DNA of 64,000 bases from Kofleriaceae bacterium (lineage in GTDB: Bacteria > Myxococcota_A > Polyangia > Haliangiales > Haliangiaceae): NCBI GenBank assembly GCA_965215005.1, contig CBDCCZ010000001.1, forward strand, positions 96,001 to 160,000, read 5' to 3'. Below the pieces are notes generated by a model, which was not told where the DNA came from, ran no database searches, and saw only the letters and a list, made by a program, of their open reading frames with translations. The translations under genes and the position numbers were made by a program. Shown piece after piece: positions 20,784-30,400 of this stretch. Numbering within the stretch: position 1 is the first letter of the stretch; the number at the start of each line of letters is the position of its first letter.

Positions 20784-22427
20784 TCACAGAGGGCTGTCGG
20801 GGAGTCGGATCGGCGGCGGCTTCTTCCGCAGCCGCCGCAGCTCGAGCTTCAGCTCTCCGCTAGCGAGGGGCGTCAGCATGTGGACGAGCGGCGCATAGCC
20901 GGGTGCTGTCACTTCGACACGCACAGGAGTTCTTGATGTCGGGACACGGAGGGTCGAGGACTCGAGCGCGATGCCACCCACCTCCACAGTTGCGTTGGCG
21001 GGCACAGTGACGAGGTGAATGGTTGCGATCTCGAGCGCAGCATCGGCGTCGTCACGCGGTCCGGCGTCGACGGGCGTGGGTACCGGCGCGTTGCTGGCTG
21101 CAGGCGGCGTGGCGGCGATACCCGCGGGTGTCGCTGGTGCAATGTCGTATGCGGCCGACGTGGGCGCGCCGCTCGAGCTCCGGCTAGCCGGCCGCAGCAT
21201 CCACGCGACCAGCGCGACCGTAGCGATGCTCGCGGCGGCCAGTGCGAGCATCGCTCGCTTCGGAATGCGGCGGCGCTGCGACGCTACTATGGGCTTCGCT
21301 TGTTCGCCGGAGCTAGACGCTTCGCCTCGTCTCGCCGCGCCGGGCGCAGCGATCACGCCGGAGACCGCTGGCCCGCCGTGCAATAGCCGGGTCTCGACGC
21401 TAGCCGCGAGATCCTTTCGTCGCCGTACCGACGGCGAGGTCACCGGCGTAGAATCGTGCAGCTCGACCGACGACAGGGAGCGCGGCGTGATCTCCGCCGG
21501 GCGTGCAGCTCGCGCCGCAGCCGGGTCGAACGCCTCCAGGCACGACAGTACCTCCGCTGCGAGCTCGTCCATGGTTGGAAAACGTCGCTCCGGGTCGGGA
21601 TCGAGGGCTTGTAAAAGGAGCTGATCGAACGCCGCGGAGACCTCCCCCTCGATCCAGTGAGATGGCGGTGGTGGGAGTCCCGAAGACTTGTTCTGCAGCA
21701 GCTGAAACGGAGTCGACCCGGAATGAGGCGCGCGACCGGTGCTCATCTCGTAAAGGATGACGCCTAGTGCGTAGATATCGGCCCGCTGGTCGACGCGGGC
21801 GTCGTTGAGTGCCTGTTCCGGGGCCATGTAGCGTGGCGTGCCCACGAACTCGCCAGCGGCCGTGAGCGACAAGCTCTCCTCGGAGACCACCATCATCTTG
21901 GAGATTCCGAAATCCAGGACCTTGACGAAATCCGTCACGGGGCCGATGACGGTGAGGAGCACGTTGCCGGGCTTGAGATCTCTATGGACGATCCCGGCGC
22001 GATGGGTTGCGGCGAGGGCGTGCGCGATTCCCGCCGCGATCGACAGCGAGCGAGCTAACGAAAATGGCGCCTCCTCGGCGATCGCTTGCCTGAGGTCGAC
22101 ACCCTCGATGTACTCCATCACCATGAAGTGCGTATCGCCGTCGCGATCCACGTCGGTCACGTTGACGATGTTGGGATGGCCAATACGCGCGGCCGCGATC
22201 GCCTCCTGGATGAAGCGGACCAGCATGGCTGGGCGCTCGGCGACACTTGGCCGCAGAACCTTGACCGCCACCCGTTTGTCGAGGCGGAGATCTCGGGCCT
22301 CGAAGACGACTCCGAAGCCGCCTTGACCAATGGCGCGGGTCAGTCGGTAGCGGTCATTAAAGACGTCACCCTCGACGGCTTGCGTCGCCGATCCCGAGCT
22401 ACCTCGCCGTTCCCTACCGAGCGCCAC
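20784..22427 (-). CDS. Ser/Thr protein kinase with TM segment and PEGA-like C-terminus
   Basis: GQGGFGVV, VAVK, HRDLKPGN, DFG, GTPRYMAPEQ. Confidence 0.93.
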   Translation of the reverse strand: MALGRERRGSSGSATQAVEGDVFNDRYRLTRAIGQGGFGVVFEARDLRLDKRVAVKVLRPSVAERPAMLVRFIQEAIAAARIGHPNIVNVTDVDRDGDTHFMVMEYIEGVDLRQAIAEEAPFSLARSLSIAAGIAHALAATHRAGIVHRDLKPGNVLLTVIGPVTDFVKVLDFGISKMMVVSEESLSLTAAGEFVGTPRYMAPEQALNDARVDQRADIYALGVILYEMSTGRAPHSGSTPFQLLQNKSSGLPPPPSHWIEGEVSAAFDQLLLQALDPDPERRFPTMDELAAEVLSCLEAFDPAAARAARPAEITPRSLSSVELHDSTPVTSPSVRRRKDLAASVETRLLHGGPAVSGVIAAPGAARRGEASSSGEQAKPIVASQRRRIPKRAMLALAAASIATVALVAWMLRPASRSSSGAPTSAAYDIAPATPAGIAATPPAASNAPVPTPVDAGPRDDADAALEIATIHLVTVPANATVEVGGIALESSTLRVPTSRTPVRVEVTAPGYAPLVHMLTPLASGELKLELRRLRKKPPPIRLPDSPL

Positions 22428-22626
22428 GCCTTATCCATCATAACTCTTCTCCCTTCGCGCACGTGCCACAAATCGCTCGTAAGTACGAAGAGCGCGAGTA
22501 ACCATCAGACGTTCACCACGTACCTCCGTCGCAGACGAGGATGGGCAGATGCGTCTGTTGCCGGTGTGCCGGCTCGAGCTCACTCGATTCACTGGGCGGA
22601 GCAAGCGATGGCGAACATTTGCGCGA

Positions 22627-23661
22627 TCACGGATGCGAGTGGACGATGGTGCCGTGGGTGTGCTCGCGGCTGTTGCCGGAGGCGGCGGCTTCGAGGTGAT
22701 GGATGAAGGCTTGGGGGTGGCGTTTTGCCAAGGCTCGGAGCTCGGCTAGGGCGGTGGCGGCGATGGGTTTGGCTTCGGCGACTTTGCCTTGGCTGGTTAG
22801 GAGCTCGGCCAGGAGCACGCGCACGTCGGGGTCGGCGGTGGGCTCTGCGGCGCGAAGTAGCGCCGTTGCCTGCTCGAGCTGGCCGTCGGCTGCCTCGAGT
22901 CTTGCGAGTCGCTTGAGCGGAACGACGTAGCCGGGCAAGCGCTCGAGCGCTGCTTGGTAGTAGGCACGGGCGCGGCTCATGCGGCCGCGCGCTTCTTCGA
23001 TGCGGCCGAGCTGCGCGTAGGTCCAGGCGACTGGAAAGGGCGAGGTGCCGCGAAGGGTTGCGAGCGCCTGGCGATGGAGCGCGGCAGCTTCGCTGGTGTC
23101 GCCCGCGTCTTGCGCGATCATCGCGCGCGCGATGACGATAGCGTTGCGCGGGGCGGCGGCGAGGGCACGGCGCGCTTCTGCAGAGTGACCACTGGCGCGC
23201 AAGGCGCTGGCGCGCTCATGAGCGAGCATGGCCGCTGGGATGCCTGCTGCTTCTGCGCGCTCGTAATCGGCGAGGGCTTCCTCCCAAAGATGGAGGCGGG
23301 CCCGCGCGCGGCCGCGCGCAGCGATGATGGCTCCGGTGGCAGGGCTCGCTGCGACTGCGTCGTCGGCAATGGCCAATGCGCGGCCGTAGTCGTTCATCTC
23401 ACCAAAGAACTCAGCGCGGGTGAGAAGCAGATCGACGAGCTTGGCGGCGCCTGCAGGTCCGAGCCGCTCTTCCCTGAGTGCCCGGGTCATGCCGTCGATC
23501 TGGCCGTCGAGGTTGCGCCGCGCGAGCACGCCGGTGGTGCTGCGGGGCGCCGTCTCGACCTGCCAGCTTGCAGTTGCGAGCACCACTGGCGCCGCGGGCT
23601 CTGCTCGCGAATCACATCCGAGCAGCGTAAGCACCGCGACGCTCAGTAGGGCGAGCCGCAT
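22627..23661 (-). CDS. TPR lipoprotein associated with the DUF4331 cluster
   Basis: LLGC lipobox; helical Ala-rich TPR repeats; SPFPVAW motif. Confidence 0.75.
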   Translation of the reverse strand: MRLALLSVAVLTLLGCDSRAEPAAPVVLATASWQVETAPRSTTGVLARRNLDGQIDGMTRALREERLGPAGAAKLVDLLLTRAEFFGEMNDYGRALAIADDAVAASPATGAIIAARGRARARLHLWEEALADYERAEAAGIPAAMLAHERASALRASGHSAEARRALAAAPRNAIVIARAMIAQDAGDTSEAAALHRQALATLRGTSPFPVAWTYAQLGRIEEARGRMSRARAYYQAALERLPGYVVPLKRLARLEAADGQLEQATALLRAAEPTADPDVRVLLAELLTSQGKVAEAKPIAATALAELRALAKRHPQAFIHHLEAAASGNSREHTHGTIVHSHP

Positions 23662-23664
23662 GGG

Positions 23665-24360
23665 CTATTGCGGCGCTGCGAAGAACGGAAAGGTGTCCAT
23701 GAACTCAACGTCGTTGGCGACGATGCCATCGTCTGGGTCGTTCATTGGATCGATTCCGTAGCCGGCGCCAGAGAGCACGGCATAGCTGGTGCGGATCACG
23801 TCAGTGGTGGGCTTGCGGCCGCCGCAGTCATTGTTGGCAAGAGTGCCAGTGGCATTGGCTTCAACCGCCAGGTAGATACCGTCGCACGAGTCGGGCATGA
23901 CGTTTACCCAAAGGAGGTCGGTGGCGAGCACGCTGCCAAGCGGCGCGTATCGCGTGGGAGGAATGTTCCCGCCCATGGCCGGCATCGCCAACAGCTGATT
24001 GCCGCACGTGGTATCGAGCGCGTCGTAGATCGCAAGACTGCCGGCGATCGCCGGTGTGAACTCTGCGACCCATGTTGATGGATCACCATTCTGGTTGTAG
24101 GCGTTCTTGGTCTCGCCTTTGGCCATCATGTCGCCGGAGAAGGTGGCGATGAGCGCCGTGCTAACCGCTGGGCGTCCCATGCGGTCGAGCTGAGCGCCGA
24201 GCATGGGCATTGGAGGGCCGTCGTCCCCGCCCGCATCTGGCTGCGGGACACTGGCGTCGGGCACGCCATTGCCGCCGCTGTTGTCTTCATCGTCGCCGCA
24301 GCCCAATGGGGCAATGAGCGTAAGGGCCAAGAGGAGCTTCATTGTCGTTTGCGTTCTCAT
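23665..24360 (-). CDS. DUF4331-related lipoprotein (C-terminal-half type)
   Basis: PLGC lipobox; QLDRMGRPAVSTAL, GGRKPTTDVI, FPFFAAP. Confidence 0.75.
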   Translation of the reverse strand: MRTQTTMKLLLALTLIAPLGCGDDEDNSGGNGVPDASVPQPDAGGDDGPPMPMLGAQLDRMGRPAVSTALIATFSGDMMAKGETKNAYNQNGDPSTWVAEFTPAIAGSLAIYDALDTTCGNQLLAMPAMGGNIPPTRYAPLGSVLATDLLWVNVMPDSCDGIYLAVEANATGTLANNDCGGRKPTTDVIRTSYAVLSGAGYGIDPMNDPDDGIVANDVEFMDTFPFFAAPQ

Positions 24361-24369
24361 CGGGTCCTC

Positions 24370-25083
24370 CTAGTTGGCAACTTCGTTGGTCGAGGCCCAG
24401 ACACCGACGATGTTGCCGCCATCGTTGATGAGAGCGATGTCGAGTTGCAGCACTAGAGCCAGCACGTTGGCACCGGCGAAATCGTCGGTCGCGGGCGAGC
24501 CGTCAGGCTCTGTTTCTAGCTGCGTGAGCAGTGTTGCGGAGGTATTGCCGTCGAGCGCTGGGCATCCGGCTTCATCAAACGTGAGGTTTGGCGCAGCTTC
24601 CATCACGGCCGCCACCGTCGCTTGAAAGCCGCTCAGGTTGAAGAAGAAGGGATCATCGCGCCGGCCGGCGAACACCTTCACGCCCTCGCCCTCGAGTCCC
24701 GTAGCCGCCGATGCGTCGCCCGATGCGATCACCTTGCCATCGAGCCAGCACGTGACCGCCTGTGAGGCGTCGAACTGACAAACGATGAGGTGGTCCTCGG
24801 TCGTCGTCGGCTCGAGCAGCATGTTTTGGCTGCGGATGTGAAACGCGTAAAGCCCCGCATCGGAGAACGACGCGTCGCCGTCAGCAAACGGCGACACCAT
24901 CATGGCGAGGTTCAACCCGTCATCGTTGGTCCACGCGTACAGATCGGTGATGTCATTGGCGGCTTCATCCGTCAATGACGGCGAGTCGAGGTGGTCGGCG
25001 GCACGCAGGGCGCGCTGGCCTCCCACCATCACGAGTGCTGCGGCGAATATCGCCACTCCAGTTGCAATAGTCCACGATCGCAT
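24370..25083 (-). CDS. DUF4331 family secreted protein (N-terminal-half type)
   Basis: AADHLDSP...DITDLYAW; VFAGRRDDPFFFNL; FAGANVLALV; VWAST. Confidence 0.85.
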   Translation of the reverse strand: MRSWTIATGVAIFAAALVMVGGQRALRAADHLDSPSLTDEAANDITDLYAWTNDDGLNLAMMVSPFADGDASFSDAGLYAFHIRSQNMLLEPTTTEDHLIVCQFDASQAVTCWLDGKVIASGDASAATGLEGEGVKVFAGRRDDPFFFNLSGFQATVAAVMEAAPNLTFDEAGCPALDGNTSATLLTQLETEPDGSPATDDFAGANVLALVLQLDIALINDGGNIVGVWASTNEVAN

Positions 25084-25119
25084 AACGAAGCTCCCTCCCT
25101 TGGTTTCTGTTCTCGTAGT

Positions 25120-25518
25120 TTACGCTGCGGCGCGTGCAAAGGATCGCTGAAAAGGCACATCTTTGACGCGTGACCACAAGCGCTGGTAGATGCGAGTGTG
25201 CTCCAAGCCAGGCAGTTTGGAGATACGCTTATCCATCTTCGGCGCCACCACGTCGAGAGCGCCCTGCGGAAACACGCACTGTGTCAGGCGCGCGATGTCT
25301 GCGTCCGACTTGACTCCCGAGCCGACAGGCGACCAACGCGACAACAGCCATCGCACCATCGTCTGCGCCGTTGGAGCTCTGGCGAGGCGCTCACGTGCGG
25401 CATTGTAGTACCACGCGAAGTGGCGTCGCTCCTGCTTGGCGATGCGCCTGCAGAGCTCGGCGAGAACTGGATTTGCGGTGTGACATGCGAGAGCTTCGTA
25501 ACCCCTTAGGGTGAGGAG
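25120..25518 (-). pseudogene. 5'-truncated ferritin-like (acyl-ACP desaturase-like) gene
   Basis: translating upstream of ATG 25359 gives LLTLRGYEALA..TANPVLAELCRRIAKQERRHFAWYYNAARERL...WSPVGSGVK...KLPGL, with an ExxH motif; no start codon, in-frame stop near 25565. Confidence 0.7.
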
Positions 25519-25749
25519 CGCTTGCCCCCGCCGGGACCTGGCAAGGAGTATCAGCTGTGGTTTTTACCCAAGCAGCCGAACGCCGCACCGGTCCCCGGCG
25601 CTGTGCTGCGCCTCGAAGATGGAGTTGCCGGCCCGATCACCGTGCCCGCAGAGCTCAACGTCGCCGGCGCTGCGATTTCCATCGAAGATGCCGGAGGTGC
25701 GCAGGTGCCAACCGACATCCGCATGGTGGAGATGTTTGGACCGCTGTAG
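25510..25749 (+). pseudogene. 5'-truncated anti-sigma-K (RskA-like) C-terminal domain
   Basis: LPPPGPGKEYQLWFL...PVPGAV...AAISIEDAGGAQVPT; in-frame TAG at 25507-25509; no TM or N-terminal part. Confidence 0.7.
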
Positions 25750-25768
25750 CTCGCACAAACTTCTAACT

Positions 25769-27451
25769 TCAACGCTCTTGGTGCGCGAGCGCCTTGTCCC
25801 AGACTGCCGTGATGGCTTTGAGCGTCTCGCGCACCGGCTCCGGGCTCACCTCACCACCGCCGGGTGGCGCCTTGGCCACGACGAATAAACGATCGAGAGC
25901 CATCACGCCACTAGCATCTCGATACGTGGCCGCCCATGCGGTGATGTTGTCATCTGCGTGATTATCCTCGAGCTGATCCGCCACCGCGCGATACGCGAGC
26001 ATGCGAGTGATCAATGCGGTACATACCTGCGCCGAGGCGCTCGCGCCTTGCCAGCTCGCGATGGTTTTCTGCGCCTGCTCGAGCGCAGGGATGGCCGCCG
26101 CTGATTCTGCATCGAGCTGGCAATAGCCGACGACGTTGAGAACGTTGCTGAGGATGCGCATCTCGACGACCAGCGCGAAACGGAGCACCGCGGCAACGGC
26201 TGCGGCGGTGTCAGGGTCGCGTCCGCTGGCGAGCTCTCCGGCGCGATCGCACAGCGTCAAGAGCAGGCGCCGATCTTGTACCAAGAACTCTCTGAGCGAC
26301 GTGCTCGACAGCTCACCAGCCAGCAGCTGCCGCGCAAACGGATGCGCTGCCACGGCACGCCACTCGTCTTCACATCCTTTCGGAGGCCAGCCCTCGCGCG
26401 GGGCGCCTTTCTTGGCCTGTTCGCCTCGCCGCTCGCCATGCGAGACAGGCATGCCGAGGCGCGAGAGAGTACGGGCGCCGCCGGCCGATACCGCGCTGCC
26501 GAGCACGCGAGTCGTTTTCTGCAAAAGCGAAAAAGCGGGGCGCGAGACCGCATGGTCACTCGGCTCGATGGCGCGGCCGCACGCGCGCGCGTAAGCCTGG
26601 GTGAACTCTGCCCCGAGAAACAAGATGAACGAGGAGTAGTAAACCCAAACCAGCAGCACCACCAGTGAGGAAGCGGCGCCGAAAGCCGATCCCACAGCGG
26701 TGCGTCCAATGTAGATAGCAATCAGCTTCTCACCCAGCGCGAACAACACGGCGGTCGCAAACGCACCCACCCAAACGTCCCGCCACGCTACCTTTGCATC
26801 CGGCAGCACGCGAAACAACAACGCGAAGAGCCCGGTGTAGAGGACGAGTGACACCAAGGCGTTGACCAACGCCCAGACCACGTCCGGCCCTGGTATGCCG
26901 CCGTCGAGCCGGTCGACTAGGAAGCTGAGCGCAGCGCTGGCGCAGATCGACAGCGTGAGCAGCAGCCCAATCCCTATCACCACCGAAAGCGACAACAGCC
27001 TCTTGGCAATAAAGTCGCCAATGCTGCTACCGCGCTTGACCTCTACATTCCAGATGCGATTGAGCGCGTCTTGCAGCTGCGCAAATACGACGGTTGCGCC
27101 AAACAGCAGTGCGACGATGCCAACCACCGCTGCCCAGCCACTGCTTTCGACCTCACTGGTCTTGGCAAGTGCCGCAGCCACCGTCTCCGCCGTGTCGGGG
27201 CCGACGATCTTGGATAGCTCGGTCATCAGCGCCTGTTGCGCCGATGCGGAATCCCACACCGCACCGGCGACCGCTACGACGATGACCAGCAGCGGGGCCA
27301 TGGACAACGCGGTGTAAAAGGCAAGCGCTGCACCGAGTCGCATGGCGTCATCAGCAAGAAATCCCGTGAACGCCTGCTTGCTCACGTTCAGGAGTAACCG
27401 GCCGCGCTCTTTGAGCGTTGCGGTCGTCGAGCTCGATCCCTCATTCTGCAT
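25769..27451 (-). CDS. YihY/BrkB family membrane protein fused to a TenA-like domain
   Basis: GAALAFYTALSMAPLL, QDALNRIW, FGAASSLVVLLVWVYYSSFILFLGAEF; then WRAVAAHPF...GEL...FLVQD. Confidence 0.85.
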   Translation of the reverse strand: MQNEGSSSTTATLKERGRLLLNVSKQAFTGFLADDAMRLGAALAFYTALSMAPLLVIVVAVAGAVWDSASAQQALMTELSKIVGPDTAETVAAALAKTSEVESSGWAAVVGIVALLFGATVVFAQLQDALNRIWNVEVKRGSSIGDFIAKRLLSLSVVIGIGLLLTLSICASAALSFLVDRLDGGIPGPDVVWALVNALVSLVLYTGLFALLFRVLPDAKVAWRDVWVGAFATAVLFALGEKLIAIYIGRTAVGSAFGAASSLVVLLVWVYYSSFILFLGAEFTQAYARACGRAIEPSDHAVSRPAFSLLQKTTRVLGSAVSAGGARTLSRLGMPVSHGERRGEQAKKGAPREGWPPKGCEDEWRAVAAHPFARQLLAGELSSTSLREFLVQDRRLLLTLCDRAGELASGRDPDTAAAVAAVLRFALVVEMRILSNVLNVVGYCQLDAESAAAIPALEQAQKTIASWQGASASAQVCTALITRMLAYRAVADQLEDNHADDNITAWAATYRDASGVMALDRLFVVAKAPPGGGEVSPEPVRETLKAITAVWDKALAHQER

Positions 27452-27626
27452 GGCGCCCCCGTCTCAGTTGGAAAGGCACCATGAGCTTTGTCGGGCCCAC
27501 GGCACCTGGATCAGGAGGTGTCTGCGCCGCCTGCAACGGCGACCGACCTCTTGGCGGGATATACGCCGGTGCGAGGTCCGTTGCAATCGCTGCGACTCGG
27601 AGTAAGCGCTGCAGCGATTTCTGAAC

Positions 27627-28901
27627 TCAGTGCACGAAGACGTCGTCGATGCGCACCGCGTCCGGACCGTGGTATCGCTGGAGCCGCGCGCTTTCACTGC
27701 TATAACGAGCGCGCGCGAGCAGCTCGAAGACGTTGCCGCGCAGGCCGCCGCCGCGGATGGGGCGTGGCTGGTCATCGTGGAGCCAACCAAAGCCGAGCTC
27801 GGCGGAGAACCCGCCGGTGCGTGGATCGACCTCGAGCCACGCCAAGTCGAGAACCTCGAGCAGCGGCCGCCGCGAACGCCGCCGCTTCGCTGCCGGCTCG
27901 AGGCTGCCAGTGGCAACGACGAGATTGCGCACGCCGCCGTTGGCCGGCTGATCGAGGAGCGCGGCCTCACGTAGCGGCAAGCTCAATCCCGCGACGACGC
28001 CATCTCGCACCAGCTCAAAACGTCGTACCGGCTCGCCGAGCTCACCCATGGGCGCACTGAGAAGCTCGGCCGGTAGGGTGCCATCGCTGGTAACGCTCAG
28101 GCGGTCGCCCGTTACCTCGTGCTCGGCGTAAATCGCTTGTCCGACGCGATACAGACCGAGCCGCCGTCGCGCCAAGGTCGCGCTCGCTTGAGCAACCACC
28201 GCGTCGAGCCATCCAAAGCCAATTTTTTGGCCTACCGCTGGGGGCATCCACGCGGCGTCGACGAGCAGCAGATCGTAACGACCAGGTGTGGTCGTGGTAG
28301 CGGTTGCGCGGGCCGAGAGCTGCTCGCTGAGTTGCGCCGCGTGCTCTTGCACCCGTGCATCGCGTAGGCGCCGGCAACGTATTGCCAGTGGTGCCGTTGC
28401 GTTGCCAGCCATACGAGCCCAGAGCTGCAGCTCACTCGCTCGATAGCTGCTTGTAAAGCCACTGCTGCTGGCGATGCGCGTGGTCGTGGTTGTGATTCGT
28501 GCGGCCGGCGTTGCCGCGTTGGGCACCGCCGCCAGCACGTTGAAGAGGTCCGTTGCGGCAGGCAGCAGCTCGTTATCGAACGCAGGGTCGAACACCTCGA
28601 CGCGCGCGGGTGCGGCAGGCGGTGGTAGCCGCCACGACGGCCCAACCGCGTTCGCCGCTCGCCGCGACGTCGATCCCACGAGCGCCGCAGGATCGATGGC
28701 ATCGGTAGGCTCAATGGTCACGGTCGCCGCACCGCGTCCGCCGCGAACGTCGCGCCACAGGACTAGCTCGAGCTCACCGGCGTCACCGCTGCGATGGACA
28801 GCGCCGGTAACCTCGGCAAACTGCCGACGCACTTCCCGCACCACCCACTCGTCGACCAAGGGCGCGTACTGGAGCGCACGCACTAGGTCTTCGAGCCTCA
28901 T
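27627..28901 (-). CDS. PmbA/TldE-like protein
   Basis: SDGTLP...GEPVRRFELVRDGV, NLVVATG, DPRTGGFS, GGLRGNVFELL; ATGA overlap with the tldD-like gene. Confidence 0.75.
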   Translation of the reverse strand: MRLEDLVRALQYAPLVDEWVVREVRRQFAEVTGAVHRSGDAGELELVLWRDVRGGRGAATVTIEPTDAIDPAALVGSTSRRAANAVGPSWRLPPPAAPARVEVFDPAFDNELLPAATDLFNVLAAVPNAATPAARITTTTTRIASSSGFTSSYRASELQLWARMAGNATAPLAIRCRRLRDARVQEHAAQLSEQLSARATATTTTPGRYDLLLVDAAWMPPAVGQKIGFGWLDAVVAQASATLARRRLGLYRVGQAIYAEHEVTGDRLSVTSDGTLPAELLSAPMGELGEPVRRFELVRDGVVAGLSLPLREAALLDQPANGGVRNLVVATGSLEPAAKRRRSRRPLLEVLDLAWLEVDPRTGGFSAELGFGWLHDDQPRPIRGGGLRGNVFELLARARYSSESARLQRYHGPDAVRIDDVFVH

Positions 28902-30376
28902 CCTATGACCTCGCCACGGCCGTGTAGCGCCGGAGCGGTGACCGAGATCGCCACGTCGCCCGCTTGGTGCTCGCAGCGCGACGCGAATCGCTCGAGCTCG
29001 CGCCCCACGCCGGTGACCGACTGCAGGAATTCGGGAACCACGCCGCGAAAACCGACATTCCCGTACAGTCGACCCGACAGGCGACCATGGCGAATTTCGC
29101 GAGCCTGCGCCGCTTGCAGGCCAAAGCGCCAACTCATGTCGTCGCAGCGGGCGCCGCGTGCTCCTTGCAAGAGGAACCCGCTCTCGACTCCGGCGATTAG
29201 CCCCTCGAGATCGGATTCGCCGGGATCGAGTATGAGGTTACTGATTCGCGGGGCGACTGCGTGAGCGGCTCCGGCGCGCCGGCCATTGCCGCTTCGCTGC
29301 ATGGTGAGCGCTGCCGCCGTGGCCTCATCGGTCAGCGGCTGCGCCAGATTTCCAGCTTCGATGATGGGAGTGGATTGCGCCGGCCAGCCCTCGTCGTCAA
29401 AGAAGTACGAGCCAAAGCCGCCGCTCGTGGGGTCGTCGCGGACGCTGATGCTGGGAGCGGCAATGCGTTGACCAAGCAACGCCGCAGCGCGATTTCCGGG
29501 CGCGAGCCAGCGGCTAGCCTCGCACGGCACGCCGATGCAGCGATGGGTAAACGCGGCAACGAGTGACGGAGCGAGAATGACATCGGTCGCGCCGGTCTGC
29601 ACCGCTTGCGGAGCGGCCAGCGCCAAGGCATCGCTAGCGGCGCGTTGCAGCGCCGCGTCGGGTATCGCCAGCACTTCGAGCCCGGCGCTTGCCCCCAATG
29701 CCGCTTCTTCGAATACCGGCGCGCGCTCGAGCTTGGCGAGCATCAGCACGCCAGCGCGACTGCGAACGACCCGCTGCAGGCGATCGATGCTCGGGCTGAT
29801 GAAGAGCAGGTCGCTGTCGACGAAGGCGAGATAGGCGCCGCGATAGAGAATGCGGCTACTGCCGAATCGACGCGCTCTAACCGACAACGCTTCGAGATCC
29901 TCTAGCCACGCGCTAGGGGTGCTAGAACGCGGATCGCGCTCTAGAGTGGCTTCGTGATCGCTGCGAGCTTGTTCGAGCGGCGGTCCAGGTTCGCCACTAC
30001 CGGCGTCAGCTTGCAGCGCAAATGCCGCACGGTGCAGGCCATCGGAGGTGAGCTCGGTGGTCGCGCGTTCGAAACGACCTGCGGGCGTGGTGACCGACAA
30101 CACGACCTCGCGCTCGAACCAGCGGCTGGCGGCGCGCTCGCTGTCGTCCAGAGAGGCGACGCCGACGCGGCGGATCGCGGCCCAGGCGGAAGCGTGTTGA
30201 TAGCGCCCGCTCAAAACTCCGATCAACGCGCGCAGATCCTCGCGCACCGCCTCGATCGGCCGCGGCTCGCGGCGAAAGAAGCCATCAAAGGATGCAAAGC
30301 GGCTGGTACAGGCCGCTGCCATGGGGCTCAACGCGCAGGCACCCAAGGCTTGAAGTGCTCGTCTGCGGGTCCACAC
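28898..30376 (-). CDS. TldD-like protein with Tat-type N-terminus and degenerate zinc motif
   Basis: DDPT..GFGSYFFDDEG, GNGRR, PRISNLIL.PG; HExxGH position reads HRCIGV. Confidence 0.8.
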   Translation of the reverse strand: MWTRRRALQALGACALSPMAAACTSRFASFDGFFRREPRPIEAVREDLRALIGVLSGRYQHASAWAAIRRVGVASLDDSERAASRWFEREVVLSVTTPAGRFERATTELTSDGLHRAAFALQADAGSGEPGPPLEQARSDHEATLERDPRSSTPSAWLEDLEALSVRARRFGSSRILYRGAYLAFVDSDLLFISPSIDRLQRVVRSRAGVLMLAKLERAPVFEEAALGASAGLEVLAIPDAALQRAASDALALAAPQAVQTGATDVILAPSLVAAFTHRCIGVPCEASRWLAPGNRAAALLGQRIAAPSISVRDDPTSGGFGSYFFDDEGWPAQSTPIIEAGNLAQPLTDEATAAALTMQRSGNGRRAGAAHAVAPRISNLILDPGESDLEGLIAGVESGFLLQGARGARCDDMSWRFGLQAAQAREIRHGRLSGRLYGNVGFRGVVPEFLQSVTGVGRELERFASRCEHQAGDVAISVTAPALHGRGEVIG

Positions 30377-30400
30377 GCGGCATCACTCTAGCGGCGAGCG

